Below are positions 25,046 through 39,640 of a DNA stretch of 64,000 nt, in pieces. This DNA is from Eledone cirrhosa (lineage: Eukaryota), in the NCBI GenBank assembly GCA_964016885.1, contig OZ024741.1, positions 56,606,001 through 56,670,000 of the forward strand. Reading direction: 5' to 3'. Each line of letters starts with the position of its first letter. The first letter of the stretch is position 1. The notes below the pieces were generated by a model. It was not told the DNA's origin. It was given only the letters and a program-made list of their open reading frames with translations, and made no database searches. The position numbers and the translations under genes are program-made.

Positions 25046-25615
25046 AAGATGCGAAGTAGTTTAAGATGTTAATAAGGCTGTGATACATATTTCAATTCCC
25101 TTGTGAGCCTTAATTCACCTCCACGGCCTTGTGAAGGATGTTTACCCTCTAACTACTACTTGAAACACAACGAAATTAACCTAGGCAAGTCCCCACTCCC
25201 CCGACCAATCTCCCTCATTCCGGTCGGTAAAGTGACACGGTCACAGGGTTCACGCCAGCCCCTAAGTTATAGTTTACTGTTAGTCCCACGTGCAGCAGCA
25301 GCCAACCAAATCTCTGTGGTAGTGGTAGAGTATAAGTTTCAATACTACCTGTATTTATGCTTGCGTCTGCGCAAAGCTGTGGAGGTGAATTAGGGCTCAC
25401 AAGGGAACGGGCGAGGGCTTCAAGAACATCATCTTTGTCCGTTCCCTTGTCGTTTTAATTTGGATTGCCTCAAGAACGTAACCTTATGTAAGAAGCTGTC
25501 TGTTGAGATCATGGCACTGGTTAAGCGGAATGGCGTGGCCATTGTCGTCATTGAAATATGTGTCACAGTCATATCAATAAAGGACTTTAACATCTAAAAC
25601 TACTTCGCATTTTCT
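25046..25615. repeat. Discontinuous inverted duplication
   Basis: Left arm 25046-25133 is the reverse complement of 25372-25408 joined to 25550-25612. Confidence 0.8.
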
Positions 25616-25697
25616 TATTCTAAATATACTCCGTTATTCCTATGTGGAAAAAGTACGTTGAGTGCTTGAATTGAATTGCATCAATGTATACCGTAAG

Positions 25698-25729
<32 letters not shown>

Positions 25730-25746
25730 CGTAGATACAGAGAGAG

Positions 25747-25786
<40 letters not shown>

Positions 25787-25788
25787 GC

Positions 25789-25852
<64 letters not shown>

Positions 25853-25895
25853 CCTACATACACAAATACATATGCTAAGATATACCCACTCAAAC

Positions 25896-25933
<38 letters not shown>

Positions 25934-28339
25934 ATATATAGTAATAAAAATAAATTTGAAGACTAAAATCCAAAGAGGGCTCGATAAGGATAAATATATA
26001 TCAAATATATAAGAACCGTAGAGCAAATATTTATTAAAATAACAGATTAAAGTTTAAGCAAAGAATCGCTGCTTTCACCCTTAACGGGATCTTCTGAAAC
26101 TAACAAAGTCAATCTGTAAACGCAGAACTGGATATTTCAAAAAACGTTGCAACCGGAGGAAGACAGGAAGACAGGAAGACGATACTTTGGTTCGTGGAAA
26201 CGTTCGCTGGCTAAGAACGGGAAAAAACGAATATAATACGTCATTAATAGGAGCGGTGAAAAGCAATTACGCACAAAGACAGAACCACGTTTATGGTATA
26301 AAAGAGGTCGTAGACTAATGTTCTCTTAGGTGGTGCATAGAGACGTTCTCTGGCAATGAACGAAAAAACGAAGATAATACGTCATATGTGGAGCGTGGAG
26401 AACAATAGCACGCAAAGTCAAAACCACGTAAATGGTATAGCAGAAGTCGTAGACTAAATTCTAACTAGGAGACCGAATGAATCTCCGCTACAGAGTTAAG
26501 AACAAAGTAAATAAATACAATACAGAAGTAATAGAAATAAATAAATACATACACGCAAACAAATACGTACATACACAAGCATACGCAAAAACTTACCATA
26601 GGTAAACAAAACCACGCACATATAAATATGTGTGTGTGTGTAAGCGTGTCTACAAATAAATAAATAATTATATAAACGTATATAAATAAATAAATACGTA
26701 TATAACAAGCGCACACACATACCTACATGTAAATACACGAATGTTCGGAGACGTAAGTCAACCAAAACATGAAGTACACATATACACACGCCCTACATAC
26801 GTACGAACCTGCATACTCACACAGACGCAAAACTCCCGTATACACATAGCCAACTGGTACATAAGGTTTGGCTATGTGGTCCCCAAGTTCTGATATTTAC
26901 TAATCCCTGTATCAGGTACAGTCACCGCCACTCTTAACAGGATCGATAAACCAAAAGTACGGCCCTTTCGGAGCTGATCTGGAAGCTTAAGTTAGCTAAG
27001 GGCACGTACTCTTTAGAATGAGTGAGGTGCCTCCGGGTAACTGTGGCTCCTGTATTTGCCGTTTCTGCTTGAGATACTCAGAGGAGAACCGCAACTAATT
27101 AACAGAAGGGGGGACTTACATTACGTTGTATATATACCTACATACCATATGGAGCCACCTTAGTGCCCTAATAGGCTCAACACACTGTTTTCCGATATAA
27201 GTTAAAAATATTTACCCGTAGACATAGACTAATGCTAGAATAGACATTCACGCACTCTGGATTACTTGAAACTTCCACTGGTTACTTTATTTAACCAACC
27301 ACTTATCCTGGATATGTAAGATAGTAATCCAAGACGCAGTATAATTTGACCCACTATAAAGGCTAGTTAATTATAACCCTTTTAAATTTCTTCTTAGGAA
27401 AGCGAGCTCATACTTCTGGATTATGGATGAGATCTATGGCTAGTAACATTGATTGAGCCGAATAACTAGAAGCACTGAAATTCTTCTCTCTTAATCCACA
27501 CTATTCATTAACTACATTAATACTTGCAATCTCTTTCTTCTCTCCAGCTTTAGGAGTTCGAACATTTTTATTTAACTTATTCATTTAATATCTTTGTACA
27601 ACCATCAATTTACTGCATAATCGTGTCTTCATGCTTTTCACAGTTTTTATGGGGGTGGTGGTGCGGGGCATCTCTTCTTCTATTCTTATACTTTATCATT
27701 AATTTTTCTCTTATTTTTCTTTTTATGTATTATTTCTTTATTGGTCTTCTTTATTTACTGCTTACTACCATCCTTATTTTATCATTCTTAATTTCAATCT
27801 TAATTCTCGTTTATGCATATCTTCCTATTATATATTATATATGATAGTTCTATTATCACTACTACTACTGCTGCTACAACCATTGATACCGATTTATACT
27901 CTCATATATTTAACTATGGTTGTTGGTGATGATGCTTTGGCTAATGCTGTAGTTGTGGGTGATAGTTAATAACATCTTTCCCCATCACCGCATGGCTTCT
28001 TAACACTCTTGTTTTTGAGCTATCGAAGGCTGGCCGTCATGTAACCCCTGACTGCTAAAACAAATTACAACTGACCAGATACAGAAGTGAAAAAATGATC
28101 TCAGACCTTGGTGGCATTGGGGGTGTTCAAGAAGACCAGGAAGATGTAAAGTTGGAACTATCTTCAACTAATGGCTAGGTGTTGTTTACGCTCTTGGTGA
28201 TGAGGCTGTGAGAGTCTTTGAACTAATTTATATCAGCAGGCTTTGAAGAAGCAACACCAATAACCCACCCGTGGCATATCACAGAATGGAAACTGCATGA
28301 GTAATATTTATTATCGTAATTCCTCTCTGGCTTATTAAT

Positions 28340-28615
28340 TAAGTTGTTCGGCTCACCTTTGTAAAGTCGTGAGTTCGATTTTTAGCGGCTCGTTATGTCC
28401 TTGAACAAGACACTTATTTCACGTTGGTCGAGTCCATTCTGCTGGAAAAAATGAGTTGCATTTGTAATTTAACGGGTCAGCTTTGTAACACTGAATCTCC
28501 CTGAGAAACATGTTAGGGATACACGTGTCTGTGGAAAGCTAAGCTACCTTCACGATAATTTAACAAGCAAGGGTGTTTTGTTCGAACAGCTGGCACACTC
28601 TTCGTCGGAACTGTT
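28340..28615 (+). mobile_element. tRNA-derived SINE with gtccttgaacaagacactt core (relative at 62700-62920)
   Basis: B box gagttcgatt; shared ctgaatctcc..gagaa..gtta.ggg.tacacgtgtctg segment. Confidence 0.6.
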
Positions 28616-29203
28616 GTATCTCTTCTACCACATAAACATCAACAAACATACGCACGCACATATTAACACATTCTTACACATTTACACTCACACAAACACA
28701 CAAACACACATTTTCGCACACACACCCATATTAGATATTTATAGGAAATATGCAGATTTTTCATTCGTTGGTATCTTTTCAAGCAAACCGTCTTATTCAT
28801 CATTATACGGAAACAATAAAATTAAATCAGCCCAATGGTTATTGTGATTTATGCAATCTTTTCACTTTCTGTAGCGATAAGCTGATAAGATGAAAGACGA
28901 AACTGTTTTTGATTATATATATGTATACATATATTTACTAATCTATGAACGTTTATCAAATCATATAGAATAATTCCTATTTGAAGTCAAAAGTAAAAAT
29001 GCATTAAAATCTTTCTTTATTTATGTGTGTGTGTGCGCGCGCGCGCGCGCGTGTGTGTGTGCTTTCTGCAAACAAAATCTAAGCAAATATCTAACAATGG
29101 CCACAATAAAATACTTTTTTATTTCTTATCCTCGGGTTGTATGTATAGATAGGGCGAAAATAAACAAATATGGCGTCAGCAGATAGCTGAGACTCTATAT
29201 AGG

Positions 29204-29411
<208 letters not shown>

Positions 29412-29515
29412 GTGTGTGTGTGTATATATATATATATATGTGTGTGTATGTGTGTGTATGTATATATGTATATACATATATACATATGTACATATGTACA
29501 TACATATATATACAT

Positions 29516-29565
<50 letters not shown>

Positions 29566-29578
29566 CACACACACACAT

Positions 29579-29650
<72 letters not shown>

Positions 29651-29758
29651 GTGTATGTGTGTGTATGTATATATGTATGTATGTATATATATGTTTGTAT
29701 ATATATATGTATATATATATACATTCATACATAAATACAGGGTGTCCAAAAAATGTAT

Positions 29759-29856
<98 letters not shown>

Positions 29857-29859
29857 AAA

Positions 29860-31245
29860 GTTATATCTGGATAAAGGTCCGTACTTTTGGGTTTGGGGGC
29901 GTTGGTGGATAAGGAAATCAGGAGCAGGTATGCAGATACGATTGCATACAAAATGAGAGACATCCCTAAGTAAATTGAGAACGTTGAAATGGAGGAGATT
30001 GTTCAGCTCAGCAGTTTCTGCTTCAGCTGTTAAATGATGCGGGTGAAAGAGGCTTGGTATGGCACCGGGTAGCAGGAAACCCCTTGGTTCAATCAAGCGG
30101 TCAAATATACCATCCGAGCAAAGAAGGAGACATACAAAGCTTGGATTGGAAACAGTCCTTCTTCTTGCACTTGCAGTACAAGCAGACACGAAGAATCGTA
30201 GACAGTAAAGGCATCCAAAATTAAGACATGGGAGGACTTTTGGGCTAAGCCGGAATCCGACTTCAGATCAGCAAATAAAGTGTTCTGGCAGACCATCCAC
30301 CGACTTCGTAATAAGAAGTCTCCTCCACATCTGCTATCAGAAATGTGTATGGGGTTCACCTCTCTTCAGTGAAGTGCATCCTAGCGAGATGGAGATAATA
30401 CTTTACTGATCTCCTAAACCCGATCACAACAGCATCTTCTGATGTACACGAGGTGCTTCTGGAAACGATGACTAATTCCTCAGAGGTTGAGGTCACACGA
30501 GAAATTAAAGAGCTCAAATGTGACAAGGCAGCTGGGAAAGATGAAACTCGGCCCGAGTTGTTAAAAGCCTGAGATAGAGAAGGTATTCTCTGGCTGACTC
30601 GTGTGTGCTGGGTGGCATGGATATCTGGAAAGGCACCTAAGCAATGGCAGTCGGGAGTGATAATCCTAATTTTCAAAAGGAGAGATTGTTCTGATTATAG
30701 CAGGATCTCCTTGTTAAGCTTCCCCGGTAAAGTCTATGCTATGTGTCTGGCAAAGAGATGTAGGGAGATTGTCGAGTCCAAGGTAGCTGATGAACAGTGT
30801 GGTTCACACTCCAGACGCAACTCAACCGACCAAGTATTAACACTGCGGCAGGTCTTTGAGAAATCATGTGAGTACTGCCAAGAGGTGTATTCTTGCTTTG
30901 TTATCATCAAAAAGGCATATGACCGCATTCCACAGGACGTGTTGTGGGAGGTTCTGCTGGAGTATGGAATTAATGGTCAGCTTCTTGTTGCTCTGATGTC
31001 TCTATACGACTACCCGAGTATTTGTGTTCAGATAAATGGTGCTAAATCGAAAGCATTCAATGTGGGAGTCGGTCTCCACCAAAGCTGCGTACTGTCACCT
31101 CTCCTGTTCATTATTTTCATCAACAGGATTGGCTTGCGCAGTTGGGTTGGAAGTGGTATGACGACTGGCAGGTATAGTATCAGTCGGCTGAAATTTGCAG
31201 ACGACATGGTATTACGTAACTCGTCAGAAGGTGATCTCTTATTTA
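29860..31245 (+). mobile_element. RTE-clade LINE internal fragment, degraded
   Basis: PWFNQAVK, KAAGKDE, WQSGVIILIFK, YSRISLLS, KKAYDRIP, GLHQSCVLSPLLF and LKFADDMV, with stops. Confidence 0.9.
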
Positions 31246-31664
31246 TTATGGCTAAGTGGTGAGCCTTGTTACTTATGAAATGTTCAATAACTGAAACAGT
31301 ATAAATATGGGAAGACTGAAGGAGGGATGAGTTGATAGGTGTTTTACCTTTATTACCATCATCATCATCGCACACACTCCTGTTTTCAGGGTTCATTTAT
31401 TCTAAGCAAAAAAAGAGGGGGGGGGGATAGTGTGAATGCCTTTTACTTTGCCTTTGTATTACTATATATTTTTCTCTCAATATAGTTTTTTCATAGAATC
31501 CCCGTTCTTTAAATCCCTCGGCCAATGACCTCCATCCAATCCAATCACCACACTCCTCTACCACCAGAAAACCTATAAATACCACTATATCACAATGACA
31601 GTCGGCTTTTCTGATAATTTCCTTCGAATGAAACAGTTCTAGTCCTGTAGAAGATATTTCTATA

Positions 31665-32402
31665 TTAAACAGCTGGACGCTGACCAGAGGACACTGAATT
31701 TATACCAGCGATCTTCGTTAATTTTATTATATTATACCCCCAGCTGCGCTGATTTGAAACTCCTGTATAAGGTTAGACTTTTCAATATTTCGTGTTTATG
31801 TTTCATATTAATTTTGAGTATTGAATGTTCAACTTTGTATCACAAATCAGATTTTATTTGCTTGTATATATGTATATATGCATGAACCTCGTTATGCATG
31901 TATGCACATATACTAGAGGCCGGTTGAGTGCTTTGTTTTGGTGCGAATTCCTTTGTTTGAATACAACCACCAAACCACGTACTTTAGTCTGTGATAGATT
32001 CTCCCTTTTTCATTAGAGGTGGAGTGAGGGAATACCGTGAACTGCTAGGTAGCTTATCTAGTAGTAATGGCTAGCTCAGACTGCACGGACATATCGTATG
32101 ATTTGGGTAGTCTGCTCGATTACGTAAATATCCGGTGATTTTGAGTGATTTTCTGAACATTGCGGAAGTAAAATCTGCATCTGTAAATTTATATTACACA
32201 GAAACGACATCGTCCAGGAAATTAGATATCTACTTGTATCTCTACCTAAATACAGCCAAAGTACCTACTGTTAACTAAATGTGTGCACTCTGAACAGCTG
32301 ATTGCAGCTACATTACTGCGATCCGTCAGATTCATCGAATGAGCTAGACGCTGGCCGGAGGATGCTGAATTTATAACAGCGATTATCGTTACTTTTATTA
32401 TA
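31665..32402 (+). repeat. About 690-bp unit bounded by ~65-bp direct repeats ending at (AT)n
   Basis: agctggacgctgaccagaggacactgaatttataccagcgat.. at about 31670 recurs at about 32342. Confidence 0.6.
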
Positions 32403-33636
32403 TATATATATATTTATATATGTAGGGGGTGAGTTTTATTGTAGTACAATAAAGCAATGCAGATATCGGATAAGAAGCACTCTACAGTTTGTAGGACTGG
32501 AGTATACATAATATAAGATCAAAAGATGGTTAAAGGAGTTCCATGTATTTTATTATGCGCATTTCAAAAACAAACATCATCATGCAATAATATTTGTGTT
32601 TTCATCAGATAAAACAGGAGAACATGATATGAAGGCTAAAAAACACTTGTGGATAGTGCAGTTTTAAATCAACATATGAAAAGTGGTTTTAGATTGATGT
32701 GTGATATTGGGAAAAATATTTTATTTAGAGAGGGGGGGGGGTGGAAAGGATGAAAAAGGGGAGGAGATGAGAGGGAGAGATGGGTGATAGAGAGAAAGAG
32801 ATAGTTTTTATAACTGAGAGGAGATATATTGTTTTACATAGAGAGGTTGAAAACCGTTGGAAGATAATGTATAAATTAAAAAAATTTGAAAATTAACGAA
32901 AGAAGGATATGTGCGAGGAAAAAGTATTTTATTTAGGGAGGGTGGGGGGGATGAAAAAAAGGGGGAGGAGAGTGAAGGTGGAGAGAGAGAGATGGGTGAT
33001 AGAGAGAAAGAGATAGTTTTTATAACAGAGAGAAAGATATATTCTTTACATAGAGAGGTTGAGAACCGTTGGAAGATAATGTATAAATTAAAGGAATTTG
33101 AAAATTAACGAAGGGAATTTATGTATGAAGATAGAGAGAAGAAATAATAATTGTGGATGAATATTCTAACGTCAAAAAAGGGTATGTTGATAAGTATTGT
33201 GGGAGTTTCAAAATTAACGAAGAGAAAAATTATTAAGGTTTGTGTGTAGAAGGATTTGAGAAAAATAATGTGAAGTTAAAGTTTGTATATTGGAGGAATT
33301 GATAATATATGCGAATAAAGAGTTAATATGTATTAAGAATGAGTTCGTTGATGGGGAGAAAAAAATAATAAATTAAGGATGAAATTGAGATTAAAAAGAT
33401 TTATGATAGAGAGAAAAAAAATAATGATTGCGGATGAATATTCTAACGTCAAAAAAAAGAGATGTATATGTTATGAAGGATTTTACAAGGTGAAGATAGA
33501 ATGAGGGTAATGAGTAAACAAGTATTATAGAGTGTATAATGCCCTTTAAAGTATGGTAGGAAGATGGGTATATTTTAAAGAGGTGTATGTGTATGTGCCT
33601 TTGAGAAAAGATTCTAAATTGATAAAGAATTGAATA

Positions 33637-34525
33637 TTAACTGTATACTTTGTGAAAAGTTCTATGGAATTTATGCAGGCAGATAGAAAACAAATCTGTA
33701 CGTCTATTTATTATAGAATCTAGGTTAGAGATAATGGTAAATTTTTCATTTAGGCAGAGATTACAGATTTTAGATAGAGAGCTGTTGAAGTATGAGGATG
33801 CAGAAGAAACCTTCTTCCAAAAGATGGTATATTTAATGTTTTTGTCTTTTAAGGACCATATGAGTTCTGAGAGAGCAGTGTTGGTTCTTTTAAGTTTGTA
33901 TTTGAAAGATGAATGATGATTATAGAGACGAGCTTTAAAAGAGGTGGAAGTAGAGCCAAAATAGGTGAAGGAATTGGTGCTAGTTATAATTTTACATTCA
34001 TAAATTAAGTTTTTATCGAGACAATGGTTGTTGAGAGGACATTTATTTTTAATGCGGCAGTTGCAGTTAGAGAGATTATTAATGAGTGACCTAGTGTTAT
34101 CTATAGAAGGAATTGGATTGGAGAAGTTGTTTGCGATAGGAATAATAGGAATAATAGTTTCTTGATTTAGAGTTGGATTATGAACATTTAGCGAAGTTGT
34201 GTTTGACGTTGTATTTGGGTTTACAGAAGTTAGCCTAGGGTTTACAATGACGTCGGGAGTACTATTACTGTTATTATGAAATTCAATGTTGGAAGGAAGA
34301 GATTTAGTATTTAGTATTTTATTGTTGTGTTTAGAGATGATGTTCGAAATATTGGAGGATGTGGAATAAGAAAATTTGATGGTGTGTTTGTTAAATATTT
34401 TACTATAGATATGTGAGGGAGGGAAGCATTTATTTAAGGCACTAAAAAATAATTTAGGAATATTGTTATTAATAGAGATGGAGAAAGGAGCATTATACCA
34501 GATTATGTTTTTGTATCTAGGTCTA
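33637..34525 (-). CDS. PLE C-terminal linker plus GIY-YIG endonuclease (truncated ORF)
   Basis: IIWYNAPFS, CNCRIKNKCPLNNHC, LIYECKI..YFGST..FKARLYNH, TALS..IW, CNLCLNEK. Confidence 0.85.
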
Positions 34526-34634
34526 AATAAAATATTTTTCCCAATATCACACATCAATCTAAAACCACTTTTCATATGTTGATTTAAAACTGCACTATCC
34601 ACAAGTGTTTTTTAGCCTTCATATCATGTTCTCC

Positions 34635-34705
34635 TGTTTTATCTGATGAAAACACAAATATTATTGCATGATGATGTTTGTTTTTGAAATGCGCATAATA
34701 AAATA
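34635..34705 (+). ncRNA. Intact-looking minimal type I hammerhead (copy on minus strand at 32546-32616)
   Basis: tgttttat-CTGATGA-long stem II-GAAA-tgcgca-ta-ataaaata. Confidence 0.85.
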
Positions 34706-34750
34706 CATGGAACTCCTTTAACCATCTTTTGATCTTATATTATATATTTA

Positions 34751-35190
<440 letters not shown>

Positions 35191-35374
35191 ACACACACAC
35201 ACACACATACACACACAGACATGTACACACGCACACACATGCACACGCACGCACACGCATACACACAAACACATATAAATAAACATACGCACCCACATGC
35301 ACACGCACCCACACACACATACGCACGCACATACACACGCAGGCACTCAAATACACACGCACCGCGCACGCGCA

Positions 35375-35406
<32 letters not shown>

Positions 35407-35744
35407 TGCGTAAATACATTCAAAGGAAAGAACTCTGCAACTACAGCAGCAATTGAAGTGATTAAAAAACGAGAGTTTACAAATGTATTATCTTCTAAAC
35501 TCTTATTTTGTTCATTCTACAGTCAAAACATCATATCAATACGAAACAAATGTTCCACGAACATTTAGAAGACTTCTTAAGAGATCAAAGCATTTAGATT
35601 AACTAGAAGACATTAAATTCTGCATCTTGTTAGAGTCCTTATACCCATTAAACATACACACGCGTGCGCACACACACACACGCGAGTGTACACACACACA
35701 TGCGTGCACACACACACATGCGTGCACACACACACACACATGCG

Positions 35745-35775
<31 letters not shown>

Positions 35776-37299
35776 TCGCACTTCCATTTTATTAAGGTTA
35801 TCACTTGGTATTAAACCTTTCATTATCATATTTCTCATGAAAGACACTGTCTATTATTTTCAAATAACTATGAAAATAATCAAGAATTTTGAAGAATTTA
35901 TTAAAATAACTTTCTCATTATTAAGATGGGGTTTGGAACCTAACTTATGAAAGGTTTTTACATAAAATTGTGATGGAAAATCTTTGGATAAATATATGCA
36001 TGTACTTTACCCTCGTTAACAAATTTATAATAAAAGACAAAGCCATCATTTAAAAAAAATTAAATTATTTTAATTTAGATTATCTTATGATTATACTATC
36101 CAAATTATTTCTAAAAATAATAACTCTAGATACCCAAGGTTACTTCCAATATTTTGTTTTACTGGTTTCACTTATTAAACTGCAGCCAAACTGGGGCACT
36201 GCCATGTTTCGTTTATAAATTTTATATCCAGAAGCATAAAAAGAAAACGTTTTAGTTTTATTAGCTAGTGGAGAAGTATCTTCAAATTGAAAATAAATGA
36301 AAATGTTCATTTCTATTGTTTTTTGTGTGTTTGTTTGTTAGTTTGTTTGTTTTGTTTGATTGTTTTTTTACTGAATTCGTCACGAAAGTACTCTTCTGTA
36401 TGATTAGAGAGTTGACAGAACTTAAAACCTCTCTTTCACTTAAGATATTTCCATTTCCCGAAACATAACACAATGTTTTATGTTTATAATAATTAGTTTT
36501 GTTTCTTTTTCTTGTAATATTACAATAGCGAATCTACCAGAAAGACACTTTATTGGTTGACATAGCAACAGTCGTTGAAAATAAAATAATAGCCATCATA
36601 AAGATAGATTTCTTTACTGAAGGATACTTGATTCGAAAAATAATGAACATTAGTCGACAATAGAAGTAAATTTTTCTGCAACAGACCAAAACATTCGCAA
36701 GAAACAGGAAAAGCCTATAAAACGTGTGTAGAATACTCTAATAAATAAAAACCTAGATATAGTATTTATATTGATTTCACAACAAATTCGATTTATAGTC
36801 GCTGCACATAAGTATCGATAATCAAAATTCTCTACTTTCTTTCTGAAGCAAATTTAAACTTTTCCGCTAAAATATAGCCCAATAATTCTACTATGTGTTC
36901 CATTATTTAAAACTTTATTCTTCGTATTTAACGAATTATCAGTTTTGGGTAAGTCGACTCTTTTTAAATAAAAATGTTTTTAATTGATAGGTCTGAATGA
37001 AGGGCTATTACCCATGGAAGCACAGGGTCCTCCGTAACTGGAAACATCGATGTATATCAATATTTCATTTTTTACATAAAAACAATAGGATAGTGGAAGT
37101 GACAGTGCTCCGGATTAACTAGGTTAGTTTCTCTCGCTAGGTTTCGATTTCAAAAAGCATAGGAGTAAGTTTTCCCTTTCATTTCTTTAGTGCCAATAGA
37201 ATGTAGATTTCTAATTGCGCTAATTTTAGGGAAGGACATAGTTGATCGCACTTTTATATTTTAGCGAACTCAGAAGGAAGAAAGGAAAATTATGAGATT

Positions 37300-37565
37300 T
37301 TTAATTTAGGCACACGATCATTAATTTGTGGGGGAGGGGAAGTCGATGATACGGACCCTAGTACTTTACTGGTATTTTATTTTATCGACTTCGGATAAAA
37401 GGCAAAGTTGACCGTGATAGCATTTGAACTCAGAATAACCCTTGCTAATATTGACACAAGGCCAGAAATTTGGTGGGAAGAGGAGAGTTGACTGTATTGA
37501 CCCGAGTACTTAACTAGTATTTTATTATATCAACCCCGGAAGGATGAAAGGCAAAGTTAACCCTG
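37300..37565 (-). mobile_element. Two older, diverged SINE copies
   Basis: Diverged SINE cores (aaggcaaagttga..tttgaactcag). Confidence 0.7.
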
Positions 37566-37814
37566 GGAAAATAATAAAATGAAACATGATGCTAGCTTCA
37601 AGTGTAGACTATACAATCAGTACAATGAACTAGTTACCTAGTCCTTGTAAAGTCTGGATATAACCACAGATACTGATGAAGTTAGCAGCTATGTCCACTC
37701 AGAAATACGCTGGCAATACGATGTATAAAAGTATAAACGTTTTTTGGTACTATGTAGAGTATATCATATGTGATTTGGTCTTTTGTGTTTTGTTCTGGTA
37801 GTGATTGTATAGAG

Positions 37815-38079
37815 CAGTCATGGGCAACCTGCGGCCCGCGAAGCTTTCCGAATGGCTTGCCTAAGTCACCTAAGTGAAATCTTTCTGATTTTTTACCCCA
37901 ACTTTTCAGTCGTAATTTATCTTTCTATCATTTTTACGATCTGAAGAAACAAATCAAAACAACCTAAGTTACCACCCTTTTTTAAATGTGGGCACGAATG
38001 TAAATTAGCGCTTGCGGTCCGCCTGATGATGAGCCATTATTCATGCAGCGCGCTTCTCGAAAAAGGTTGCCCATACCTG
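37815..38079. mobile_element. hAT (Charlie-like) MITE, copy 1
   Basis: TIRs cagtcatgggcaacct / aggttgcccatacctg; imperfect 8-bp TSD gtatagag/gtgtagtg. Confidence 0.85.
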
Positions 38080-38884
38080 GTGTAGTGTATGCATATGGTG
38101 ATTAGCAACAGCCAAGCCCCAATCATATGGAAAATATCTGTCAAGATGGACATGTAGATCAAGCTATATACGGGATATGAGGGAAACACTCTGTATATGA
38201 GGGAAACACTCTGTACACATCGTTGTTCTTTCAAATCCCGCACTTTACTAAGCTCGGAGTAGAGCCAGACAAATTAAAATAATCTATATCTTAAAAGTCT
38301 CAAGAAATTGGGTTGTCGATCCTCCTTCCTGTTATCCGATTGACGTTCAAGCCCAAGCTTCCCCAGCTCGGAACTCTTATGAGCAAAATAAGCCTGATTG
38401 ACGTGCATTCGGCTCCCTTCCTGCTGAGGAACTGTTTCGTCACGCTGAAGCTTTTCATACCTTTCGCAGTGATTCCAGTTATAGTCACAGCCAATCTCCC
38501 AAACACAAATCAGACGCAATCCTGTGCTGCCGCTTAACCAGCACTGTCCAGCCTGTTTCTGCTTTGTCTCCCAAACCCACTGCGTTGTTTGACTAAACAC
38601 CGTATCCTCGCTGCCAACCGGTGCTTAGCTTGATAGCGGCTGTCTATACGTTTGTTGTTTCTCTGTTTACAGATATCTACAAGAAAGCCAACTGTAATTG
38701 ACTTATTGAATTAAAAGCCATTCGTCTTCCATCCTCATTACACCAAAGCAGCTTAAACTAATTAGTAACTACGAATCTTTTCGCAAAATCTATTCTAATC
38801 TGTTATTCATTTCTTTTCCTTTCTTTGAGGGGGGGGGGGGGGTCGCTGCATTTCTATAAGTTATTTTAAAAGCTACCTTATAGC

Positions 38885-39124
38885 TAACCCTTTTGTTACA
38901 ATATTTCTAATGAAAAATATTGCCTATAATTTTAAAGTCATTTTGAAAATGAGAAAGAGTTTGAAGAAAATTGGTAATTTCACTTTATTAAGCTGGTGTT
39001 CGGAACACAGTTTACTCGGAATTATGATAGACATTTTTATATAAATATAAATACTTTATAATAGACAGTTTCGTATCATAAAACCAGTGGCAGTTTCAGA
39101 TGGTTTGCTATCAATAGGGCTAAA
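38885..39124. mobile_element. piggyBac-like MITE
   Basis: taacccttttgttac ... gctatcaatagggctaa ends; homologous to 5240-5750. Confidence 0.5.
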
Positions 39125-39459
39125 CTAGTCTTTTCAATATAAAATTAGAAGTTACTAACGTAGATTCACGATGAATATGATTTAGCTAGAACAGAGTTGC
39201 ACTATTTAAGAACTATCCGAACCGAGATTCTCTAGAGCTAAAGGCGTAGCTGATAGAAGAAACGTGATTTTCATTAAAAAAATATTCCATTTTATATGCA
39301 TTTTCATCCTTCTGGGGCCTCAAGATTAGTTTAGTGTTTAACTATTTTAAGATCAATAAGGTTAATTTTCTTCATCCCGAAGACTATGTTTGTACAATGG
39401 CCGCACATTTATTGATAAATATAGAATAATGAGATGACGGATTAGATCAATTGAATAAA

Positions 39460-39640
39460 TAATAGAAGCTATGGAAAGCCTAAAAGATATAATTTATGAA
39501 TAGATATAATTTTTGGATAATAGAAGCTATGGTAAGCCTCAAAGATATAAATTCTGTAGAAAAACTATGGCAGGCCTAAAAGATACAATTTCTGAATAAT
39601 GGGACTAAGGTAAACATAAAAGATATAATTTCTGAATTAT
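39460..39640 (+). repeat. Degenerate minisatellite, about 4 units
   Basis: aatagaagctatgg.aagcct.aaagatataatt recurs with variable spacing. Confidence 0.75.

Larger units (their letters stand above)
32420..34742 (-). mobile_element. 5'-truncated Penelope-like element with inverted pLTR at the 5' end
   Basis: GIY-YIG ORF, about 1.2-kb 3' UTR, and 32510-32729 inverted at 34522-34742; (AT)n on both sides. Confidence 0.92.

Noticed and set aside
34526-34602. N-terminus of the 321-aa ORF as a genuine PLE start
   Set aside because: It lies in the inverted pLTR copy and is only fortuitously in frame
39460-39640. CRISPR-like repeat-spacer pattern
   Set aside because: Units are degenerate, spacers are short and related, there are no cas genes, and the context is eukaryotic; it is a minisatellite
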